This document shows positions 14,616-25,110 of a stretch of 64,000 nucleotides of DNA, one piece after another. The notes beneath the pieces were generated by a model that made no database searches, was not told the origin of the DNA, and saw only the letters and a program-made list of their open reading frames with translations. Position numbers and translations under genes: made by a program. The stretch is from NCBI GenBank assembly GCA_002189035.1, contig CM007989.1:4030001-4094000 (forward strand), given 5' to 3'. Positions within the stretch are counted from its first letter, which is position 1; each line of letters starts with the position of its first letter. Source of the stretch: Utricularia gibba. Lineage: Eukaryota > Plantae > Magnoliophyta.

Positions 14616-14950
14616 TCAGTGTTATTCGCCGAAGTGTTGGTACTGGTATTTTGTTGAACTGAGTTTGATTTATTCTGTATAGAATCGATTTCTTTGTTGT
14701 GACTTGATCTCTTATATTCTTATCTTTTGTTTTTTCATTCGATTGTTGATAGCTGATTTTCATATTTGAATTTCCGTTCAGTTATTTTTTTTATGTGAAT
14801 GCTTCGCATGTTGTAGATTCGGAGATTTGGGAGTTGAATTTTTGGGTTATTATTGTGTCGGTTGCGTTGCTCAGAGGGTTCTGTTTTTTAGTACTTTAAT
14901 TTTTGGTCCATCGATCATTCACTTGATTAGATATAATTTCTAAGGTGACA

Positions 14951-17900
14951 AAGAGTGAGGAAGGAGAAAAGGTGTGCCCTCTCTGTGCGGAGGAGATGGA
15001 TCTCACTGATCAACAGTTGAAGCCATGCAAATATGGCTATGAGGTATGCTATCTTCATTTTTTTTTTTTCATTTGTTCCTGCACCTTTGTTACGTATCTG
15101 GATGTATCACAGTCAGATTTGAATCAAATAAATAATCTTTTGAAAGAGAAGCATAGACGCGTACTTTAGAGTTTATTTGTCGGTTAAAGGATCTCCATTC
15201 ATTACTCAACAGTGCCCATAATGCTTTATTTTTCGGACGTTGTTCTCTCAGTAATGAAATGCTCTGTTCTCTACATATGTTAGTATTTCATAGTAAATCC
15301 GCTGATTTGTGTTTAGTGCTGGCACCAAATTATGGAGATGGAAGAGAAAGATGAGACTCAGAGTCGTTGTCCAGCATGTCGTGCTCCATATGACAAAGAA
15401 AAGATAGTTGGGATGGCATCAAAGTGTGAAAGGTGCTTGCGGGACCCAGTGAATTGGATTTGCAGGCTTGTAGTGGTATCATTGTCATTTCTTCTAATTC
15501 ATGATGTCGTATCAGATTAGTGTCCGAGATGTGTGTGGAGAAAAAGAAGTCTCAAGGGGGAAAAAGCAAGACCTCAGAAGGCCGGAAGCAACTTGATAGT
15601 GTTCGAGTTATCCAGAGGAATCTTGTTTATGTTGTGGGCCTTCCATTCCATCTTGCAGATGAAGATGTACTGCCTTGTACCCTTTTTCTTTTATACACTG
15701 CAGCATTTTTTGGGTTATTTGTTTCTGCAGATCCTTCAGCGGAGAGAACACTTTAGTTTGTATGGAAGAGTGCTGAAGGTTTCCATATCACGTACATCAG
15801 CTGGTGCCATACATCATTTTTCCGAATAATACATCCAGTGTATATGCCTCAAATTTCTGCTTTCACATCAATAGGTTCACTAGATAGATCGATAATTTTA
15901 TTATATCAGGATGCTTTTGTTCCCCGGGTTTGGATTCCTCTCATTGTGAGGAATCCTTTTAATTTTTTTAATGGGGAAAATCACATTTTGATTTTAGCTT
16001 TGACTGGAGTCCAATTTGATGGATCTTGTAATCCTGACGAAATGCCATTTACTGAACAAAGTTGCCGTTCTAGGTGCAGATTTTAGTCATGCTGCTCAAT
16101 ACATTTTAAAACTCTTTCTTATTTATGTTAGGATACTTTTCTTTGGCGTTTTCTTCTCATAAACTATGCTGTCAGTATTTAAAAAGCAACCTTTATCTAC
16201 ATGAGTAATTTCTGTAAGTTTTTAAAACGTAACTGCTACTGACTTGTTGCAATTTTCTCTAGCTATATATCATATTCAATGGAGGAGGCAATCATGTGTA
16301 TTCAACTGGTTCATGGATTTTTTTTGGACAGTCGACCTCTGAGGTGAGTATCATCATTACTTTGAGGAGGAGCAATCTGGTGATATTAATGAGTTTTTTT
16401 TTTTTTTAACAGGGCCTGCTTTTTAACGAGAAAGTATTATCATGTATGGCTGAGAAATATGGTATGATCTTTAAATGTTTCAAAACGATACAGCTAGAGG
16501 GATTTTTCTTTGCTAATGAATTTTAATATGAGATTATTGGGAAATCTTCTCAAAGCATGAAGCTGTCTCCACACGATATCATAGTGAAGGTTTTATTTCT
16601 GTTCCCAGCCATGCTAACCTTGATTGCCAGTATCTTCACGAAATTGGCTCCCAAGAAGATAGCTTCACGAATGACGAAATTACATCTGCATGCACAAGGT
16701 ATTTCAGTTTCTGAGGTTTTCTTTCACATATTTACGTATGTATTTGCGATAACAAGGTCTTTCATACCCCCTCATGAAATCGGTTGCCCCTCTAATTGCT
16801 ATATATGCACATTTGCTATTGTCCTTGTAGAGATTGTGCTTTTGCCGACTGCATTAGTCCAACTACATGCATAATGTTTTTCAATTTCCCTTCCCTGGGA
16901 TTGATCCCTGGGTTGGCTCCTGGGTCCATCCGTCTGCAGTATGGTTCCTGAATTTTTCTATTGTGTTTCAAGATAGTCTGTTTTTGGTTTAAGCGTGTAG
17001 CTTGACGAGGTTGTTGCACTAAGAAAGCTGCTATTTGACGTCCTCATGTGAAACATAATTTGGAAGAACTTGGATGTTTCCCGTTAGTCTGTTCTTTGTT
17101 TAACGAGGTAGCTGTCAATATTTGCATGTTGTTTGTTGAAACTATTTGCCTACTTTGGCCTTTGAAATAATTTGTTGATGAGCATTATAATTTTTGTGGT
17201 CTTCTAAAATCTGATTTTAATGCAACTTTGAAGGAACCAGGTTCGAAAGAGCACTGGTGCCACATGTAGCAGTCAACGGCGGTCAGGGACTAGTCTGCCT
17301 TCTCCTGCAGATGATAATTCTGACATTACCGCTGCTTCACAAGGAAAACCTGCTAGTAAAGCTGCTGTTAATTCTCATGTAAGACGTCTTCATCATTTGT
17401 TTTTTTTTTCTGACTAAGTGACTTTACAAGCTGAGAGATCTCAACCTTTTTTAATTCCATCACTACCTTTGTCTTGCCATTGTTGTTCTGCATTCTTTTC
17501 TGTTTAGACAGCCTTCAATTTGATGTGCTTTGAAACACATAAGTTTTTATCGGTGTTGATAAATAAAAAAATTTTAGTTTGATGTGCTTGAAATTGTTTT
17601 ATTTACCTGGATGTAATCTTATCCATTAAATGAGAATCCTTTCTCTTGGAAAAAAAAAAGGTTTACTAAAATAGTTTATGCATGTTTGGTTTTCTTAACA
17701 GAATTTGACTGGTGTTAGAGTTCCATCACCCGATAGTAGCTTTGGCAGATCTGCTGCTCCTCCCATTGCGGCATCATGGTTTGTGTATTTTTGGTTGGTT
17801 TTATGCTGTTATTTGCGTTTCCTATCAACACATTGTTTTGATGTGTAGGGGACCTCGTTCTTCACTGAAAAATGCACGTGTTAGTGAGCCACCTGCTCAG

Positions 17901-19795
17901 AAATCTAATGTGGTTGATGGCCGAACATCACTTTCTAAGCCACCTATAAGTGTGATTGGGACGAAGGTGGTTCATGATGAAGAAACATCAATTTCTAAAG
18001 ATACAAATTTTAGAGATATATCTGAACCCAAACTTGTTGGTTCAAAGGCAGATGGGAAAGCCAGTCTTGCTGGCGTTACAGTGTCATCGAGTATGCAGTT
18101 GGCTCATGTGCCAACAGCAGTTTCACTGCAAAATGCTAGTGATAAGGTTCATTCCGCACCAAATGAGCCTGGTTGAGGATATTATTGATTAAGGAGATGG
18201 GAGTATTGAGAATGTATGCTCAGGCATTTTATCAAAGAATGTTAATGTAAATCAGACGCCTCGGAATGGATACTTTAAGCATGCTGGAAATTCATCACTT
18301 TTTGGTACATCTGAAACCGATTTAATTACATCAGAGGTACATAGTTCTGGAATCCTGCCTAATTTCAGACCAGGGATGCATACTAAGAAATTAAAGGTGA
18401 AGCTGCTGCAAAGGGGAAATCATTCATTATCTTTTAAGAATGAAAGGGTCGACGATCCAGCTATCACTGCAGATAGAGTTCGTGATCTTTACCAGACCAA
18501 GTTTTTCAAGGCATTCCACCATGCCCTCTGCACAAATCAATAATTTTGACGGTACAATCGTTACCAAGTTGCAGATAGAAACAGAGATTTGTCAACTTCT
18601 TATTTTCACAACAAAAATCCTGAGGAAATCCTCATTTCTCAGGACTCTGATGACGCTGCATTTTCTAAGCTCTCTCTTGGTAACGGTGGAACGTCTTTGC
18701 TTAGAAGACATGAAGGTGAAAAAAGGAGTTGCACTCGTGATGTGGGGGAAAACAGTTATCATATTAAAACTTGGCACATATTTTTGGTGGAGAGAAACAA
18801 TTGTATAATGTTGGTAGGTTCTCGAAAGCTTAACAGTGCCAGTCAACCTCGGTTTGCATTTGCAAGGGAAGTGGGTGTGAGTAACCAAGTGTCAGATCTT
18901 GGGAGATCTGGAGACTATGACGTTCAGAAGGATTCCTTTTTCAGGAACCACTCGAAGAGCAATAGCTTTCATATTGATAAATTTGTTCATCAAAGTGACT
19001 TCACAGTCGCTCGTGGCTTTGAGACAGAGAATTCCCATTTCACCTCTTGCAACATGCCAGGTAATTTTATGTTTGCAGTCCTTTCCACACATGTATATAT
19101 CTGCGTGTGCACATGTGTGTATATATATGTATTTTCCATTTCAGATCCCAGCAGGCTGCCTCCTCCTGGATTTTCTTCTCTTATGACTGAGAAACTGCTC
19201 TAATCTCTGGTCTCTGAGTGTGTTCTTTCCTTCTCTAAGTTCAGGAAGTAATCTTTCAGATGCTCTATCATCCCAGGCCTCAATGAGTGTTAATGCATAC
19301 ACCAACGGTGATGTTGAGTTTATTGTTCCAGCAATTTTTGCTGTTGGTAAAGCCACACTTGCGAGTAGAAAGAATACCCTTGGCATTGATGCGAGAACCT
19401 GTTTTTCCCCTCAGTTTGGCTATGAACACCCAAGGGTCCAGCCACTTGAGCACAGATCCCTTCCTCCCTACGAGAACCACAGCTTTCTTGATTTTCTGGA
19501 AACCATGTCCAGCTTTGGTGATGACTACGGAAACTCTTCGAGGGTTTTGGAGCAAATGCAATCTAGCAATCCCTCTCCGTTCTCTTGCTTGTCCTTGCCC
19601 CAGTTGCGAAATGGATTGCTATCAAATGGCCCATGAGACAGTTGAAGTGAGCCACGGAGAGATAGTAATTTGGCTATGCCAGAGCTGCTAAGACATGAGA
19701 GATTAGTATTTCATGAAGCCTATTCCAGCTATGAAGATCCCTTGAAAAGAATTCCCAACTCAGACAGTCAATATAATGGGATATACCGGATTTAG
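14951..19795 (+). pseudogene. NOT4: Unprocessed NOT4-like (CCR4-NOT RING/RRM E3 ligase) pseudogene
   Basis: CPLCAEEMDLTDQQLKPC, RCPACRAPYDKEKI, VRVIQRNLVYVVGLP and LHEIGSQEDSFT are recognisable. Lesions: ATG->AAG (14951), RING Cys->Tyr (15032), lost acceptor at 15304, Trp->TAG (15314), several frameshifts and two Trp->TGA near the C-terminus. Confidence 0.9.
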
Positions 19796-21129
19796 TTCCG
19801 GACCTCGATTCTCCTCTCATGACCATGGAAAAACAGGATCGAGGATGTCACTCGGATTCAACAACTTCGCAACAGTTTTTTGTGCTTGCTCAACTGACCA
19901 CATTCCGGCCATGGAGGCAGGTTCATGGAGGATAGGTACCATCCTCCGTATTCTTGCAATGGATTAACAAGACTGCCCTCCCGTGTCCAAGCGTCATCAG
20001 AAGAGGGGGAGAGGGATGGATCCTAAGACCAACAGGTATTTTTTTTCAATCTCCTTCTTCAAATCCAATCTCAATGAAAGCAGAGAAAAGGAAACGCCGC
20101 TTTGCAATGGACAAGTGTATGCTTGAACCACCAGTCAGCTCAACCTTTCACCGTGCTCTGTGCACAAGTGGTGGGTACCTTTTGATTCGAGATTTTTCTG
20201 AGCACAACACGTCGTCTGTTTTGCTAACTCGAAGGGGCTCGTTTCAATCCAGGTGAAGAAGTTGGTGTTCAGTGTTTGGGCTGGTTCAATGAATTCCACC
20301 AGTAAGTGTGCCACATGAGAAACGGTTGCAGGTTCAATCTTAGTGTTTGGTGAACAAGAGACTCCCCAACAGGGTATTTAAGGCCGACCATTCGAATGAG
20401 AAACGGTTGCAGGTTCACTTGCTTGTCCGTATGACAACCAAAATTGAAATTTCATACGAGGTGTGGGATCATTTGGTGTCCGAATCCACGAGTACTTGCC
20501 ATCTGGCTTCGGTTTGTAACCTGGCCACCGGACTTTGAGATCAGAATGCGCGTGAAGGGATAATATTTCAAATGTGTGAAAAGGAATTGGGACACAGTCA
20601 GCCTGTTAATTGCAATCCCCACGTCTATTCAGTAATTAGCTCGCATTGTTATTGCAGCATAAATAAATTATTAATTAGGTCACATTTTTTTAGAAATTAT
20701 AAATGTTTTAAATTTAGAAATATTAAATTTATATAATTATCTTTAGTTTTTGTAATATTAAAATATGTTGAATTTGTAAAAGAAATTAATATAAAACTGT
20801 GAGCAAGCAAAAAAAAAAAAAAAAAGGTTTAAAAAAGAAGTATTTTATCATTTGAATTGACAAAAGTCACGAAGCTCTGGAATAAATAAATAAAATCCCA
20901 AAACTCAGCCCTTTCTTACGGAAGTCAATTTTATTGGATTTTTATTTTTTTTGGGAAAGGCGGGGCCCATAGTACCTTGTCAAGTAACTTTGTTTCTTTC
21001 CACCGGTAATTTTCTTATACAGGAACAAGCGATCCAGTCACCGGCTACGCCGCCGGGGCTCCTGTCGACCCGGAGCGAGCGGATCAGAAAAAGACGGTCA
21101 CGGTTTACTCATACAAAGTGGCGGGTAGG

Positions 21130-21413
21130 TGAACCGTACAGGGAGTCGTCGTCGACGGCGATGGTGCACTTGATCATGCCCAACATTCCGGCATTATAAC
21201 CGCAAGATGCTATGAGAGTTCAGAGATTTTGGCACGGCCACACTCCCTGAAGAAGCCCATCTCGCCCTGAATTCGCAGCCCGGAAAGAGAATTTTCCTGG
21301 AGACAGAAAAAAAGAAAACAAACTTTCGCTCCATCCTCTTCAAAATCCGATGGCCGTCTTTCCTCGCCGGAGAAAGCAGAGACATGGTTAAAACCCAGAA
21401 CACTCTAGATTTT
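21130..21413 (+). pseudogene. Element X: decayed, probably coding sequence of unknown identity (paralog of 43597-43882)
   Basis: About 70% identical (by eye) to 43597-43882, with synonymous-type third-position differences on the + strand. No continuous ORF is shared between the copies. Confidence 0.4.
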
Positions 21414-22162
21414 CCACCGATGGTTTTACTCGGTCACTGATAATAGCATAATACACCGTCAACATCCACCGCATGCGCTCACGTGCTTAATTTTCAACAA
21501 TGGCGGTTGATAAAAAAAATTCATTTTAAACTGATAATTTAATTTTAAATAATTTCAAACATATTACTTGCTTTTATGGAAAACCATGAGAGCAGATTAA
21601 TTTATTAAAATTTTCCTAAATGATTTTAAAACACAATTCTAATAATTTTACACAATCAAATATAAGACAATTGCCAAATACATTTTAATTTTAAATATAT
21701 AAAATATATTTTATCTTAACTTTTATAATTTAAAATTCGTTTTGTCCAAAAATATGATTGGCTGACATTTATTACATCCTTGTTTATACTATATTTGTTG
21801 CTCTTATCTATCAAATTTTTGTTGTCAATTGTTGGCTTGTGTGCCAATAATTGTTTTAAAATCATATTTAATATATTTTTCGATGAAGTGGTTTTATAAT
21901 TAAATATTTTTTCAAATAAAATGACCATATAAATTAAATAATTATACATTTAAGTTTTTTTATAAAAATTATTAAAAACATATCAAACTACCACGAATAT
22001 TTTTACAACAGTTGGTGAAACATGCTCCGTCTTATTTACTGATACAGTACACTGGCTATAGACATGGACCCTAGTGGGACCCACCAAGGAGGAGCTCTGG
22101 TCAGCTCTGGCGGACTGCCACCTTCTTCTCCGGGAGAAGAGAATAAATGAAGGAAATTGAGA

Positions 22163-22495
22163 TTACTCGGAATCTGTGGAGTGAGGAGGACTGAAGGCAA
22201 GAGTGGTTGCGTCAGGGGAGGTCATCGGCGAGCACTCCGAGGATTCGCCCTTGTCGGAGATGGAGTATTTCTCGTCGGCGTTTCTGGAGAAGGGCATCCT
22301 AGCTTTCTCGATGTCCTTCTGTGCCGGGATCCGAGTCGCATCTTGTGCCGCTCCGTGCGGCGGCGCCGTCGCAGGGTCCAACAGATTCTTGAGGCGATTG
22401 GCGATCGAACGCAGATATTTGCCGATGTCGTGACAAATCTGAGCCTTCACGGCCCCCCTCCGCCTCGGAAACTCCCTATCCTGCTGCCGATCCAT
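22163..22495 (-). CDS. Small plant-specific protein Y1 (110 aa) with an N-terminal 'PRRRGAVKAQI' motif and Ser/Pro-rich tail
   Basis: Intact ORF with a paralog at 42523-42852 showing synonymous changes on this strand. The motif resembles the uncharacterised plant 'PxRGxxKxxI' small-protein family (from memory). Confidence 0.75.
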   Translation of the reverse strand: MDRQQDREFPRRRGAVKAQICHDIGKYLRSIANRLKNLLDPATAPPHGAAQDATRIPAQKDIEKARMPFSRNADEKYSISDKGESSECSPMTSPDATTLAFSPPHSTDSE

Positions 22496-23009
22496 TAACG
22501 TTTGAAAAAAAGAAAGAGAAGCTTTTGTTTTTTTTTTTAGCTGAAGTACACAATGCAAGACGACGCTCTCAATTTAAAATAAAGCAATTCTTTATTTTTT
22601 TTAAATGCAAGAAAAAATAATAACGCAACAGGCAAACACGGAAAGAAATAAATAAATATTTCTAGTCGATTTAGTTATTATTTTTCATAACTTTTAAAAA
22701 ATAAAATATATTATAAAAAATTGTGTATTTTAGAAACATAAATCATTCATATTTAATAAAGAAATATTTAAAATAGAGCCATTGTCTTCAAATGCATATC
22801 GTGTTAGAATAATTATTCCTTTCTCTATATCAAATAACCAAAATTTTTCAATCCAAAATCATCGAAAAATCGATCCGAAAAACATAAAATCATCGAAGAA
22901 AATTCCACTACACAAATATTTGAATGAAACTCAATTAATTATTCACAAATTACCCTCAATCATTAAGAAAGTATTAAAATCTCTTAACTTTGGATCAATA
23001 GAAGGAAGA

Positions 23010-23028
23010 CGCGTTAGGCAACCGCGTT
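23010..23028. promoter_or_regulatory. Paired CGCGTT boxes (RSRE/CAMTA type) upstream of Y1
   Basis: CGCGTT at 23010-23015 and 23023-23028, in a block conserved exactly at 42999-43017. Confidence 0.6.
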
Positions 23029-23762
23029 TGATTTCCTACTATACATAATATATTATCCAAAACTCCCATTTTAAAAAAAATAATGTGTTATTAAATAATA
23101 TAAATTTTCAGTTGAGATAACAGAAAGTCCAATTATCAAAATATTTAAATCAGTTCCTTTTCTAGGGAATCTCATATGGATCTATTTATATTTATATTTC
23201 ATATTTTTATAAAAAAATATTTTTATGGTCAAAAAACAATAAAAATCTTCTTGATTTCTCCTCCTAACCAATTTTCAACTCAGGCTAACATAATTCATTG
23301 CCACGTTTATATCCTCGTTTAACATGTATTTCCGGCGGCGACGACTGATTGTGACGTCTATGGACAAAAAAGGCAATATCGAGGAAGGATAAGAACTTGG
23401 CCACCAAGCAACTCCAATTATAAAATATTTTTTTATTTAATAAAAATATTTTTATTAAATACAATTTTTTAGGTGATAAAAATATGAATTTTACAGACTT
23501 TGTAATACAATTAATTATATTATATTTTTAGATTAATTATTTTATAAAATTATTATTTCTCAAATCATAATTAGTATTTTATTGCACACTGATATGATTT
23601 GTGTCTTTTACATATGGACGTGGATTCTGATAATAATTATCTAAATAATAATAATAACTTTTTATTTAGCCGAGCGTATACGGTGACTATAGGCTTTGAC
23701 CCCGTGTGTGATCATCGCCGGCGAAGTCTGACAGACTGCCACTTTCTTCCGTGGGAGAAGGA

Positions 23763-24954
23763 GAGTTAATTGACTATCTAGCACTCTGTAAAAAACTTCT
23801 TTACTAAATGGTCCTATTTGGTGGTAGACCTTAGTTAAATGACCATACTTTATGTTGGTATTAGGTAAATAACCTTATTTTTATCATAAATTAAATAATA
23901 AAATAATTATTATTTACGAAAAATACAATTAATGTATATATAATTCTATATTAATTAATATTATGATTTTATATTTTTATTTCTACTCAAATTATATATA
24001 TTTAATGATTTAATTTTAAAAATATAACATAAATATCAATATGAATATTTAGTAGTTATATTAAAATGTTTTCATAATAAATTAATATAAAAAAGATATG
24101 AAAATATTTATACAAAATTATTATAGTAAATGTTTTTAACTTAATTTATTTAACCCAAAAATATGTTATGGTACGTCGCCTAATAATATAATTAATACAA
24201 AATAATATTTCTCAATATTTTTTTAAAAAATTAAATGTGAAAAATCTATTAATCAATATTTTTATCTATTTTTCGATCTTATACCTAATTTATTAAGTTA
24301 TTTGACTAATAGATTTTCATATTTAGTTTTTTTTAAAAAAAACTAGAAATATTATTATGTATTCATTATATTATTAGATGATGTATCAAAACATATTTTT
24401 GGATTAAATAAATTCAATTGAAACATTTGATACAATAATTTTTTATAAATATTTTTATTCTTTTTGAAATACTAATGAAACTAAGAATAGTAAACTAAGA
24501 ATAATAAAAAAACTAATATTATCATGAAATTACCTAAAATACAAAAAAAAAATCATGATAATTATACAAATTAATCAGTGAATTATAACAACAATCAATA
24601 TCACAAAAAAGTTTCATTAGATTATGAAAACATTTTTAGGATAATCACAAAATAGTCATATTGATATATATGTTATATTTTTACAATTAAATAATTAAAT
24701 ATATCTAATTTTAATAGAAATAAAAATATTAATCGAAATATTAATTATAAAAAATTATATATATACACATGTAATGTATATTTAATTTTATTTTATTATT
24801 TTTCGTAATAAAAAATATTTTATTCTTTATTTATGATAAAATTAGGATTATTTACCTAATACCTACAAAAAGTAGGACCATTTAGCTAAGGTCTACCAAA
24901 TAGGACCATTTAGCCAAGAGTTTTTTTGCAAAGAGCTATATAGCCAATTCACCC
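23763..24954. mobile_element. Non-autonomous Mutator-like element (MULE MITE)
   Basis: TIRs of about 110 bp (GAGTTAATTG.../...CAATTCACCC). 10-bp TSD GGGAGAAGGA/GTGAGAAGGA with 1 mismatch. Excising it restores the Y-type 3' flank. Confidence 0.85.
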
Positions 24955-24984
24955 GTGAGAAGGAATCAATGAAGTAAATTGAAA

Positions 24985-25110
24985 TTACACGGAATCTTAG
25001 GCGTGAGGACTGAAGCCATGAGTGGCTGAGTCGGGGGAGGTAATCGGCTAGCATTCCGGAGGTCTGCCGTCGTCGTCGGAGTATTTGACGTCGGCGTTTA
25101 TGGAGATGCT
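24985..25110 (-). pseudogene. Y3: truncated pseudogene paralog of the small protein Y1/Y2
   Basis: Translates to NADVKYSDDDGRPPEC*PITSPDSATHGFSPHA*DSV*, versus Y1 NADEKYSISDKGESSECSPMTSPDATTLAFSPPHSTDSE*. The 5' part is cut by the Copia LTR at 25111. Confidence 0.75.

Noticed and set aside
20315-20417. CRISPR-like repeat-spacer-repeat
   Set aside because: Only two units, a eukaryotic context and no cas genes.
21036-21132. DPVTGY motif suggesting a LEA3/SAG21 protein
   Set aside because: Only five residues match. The flanking W and YxP residues and the C-terminal ELR motif are absent.
21150-21200. Possible miRNA precursor in X/X'
   Set aside because: No match to miRNA families I know and no extended hairpin.
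22157-22498. + strand 113-aa and 141-aa ORFs over Y1 and Y2
   Set aside because: Silent changes between the copies and the family motif favour the - strand; open antisense frames are expected at this GC content.
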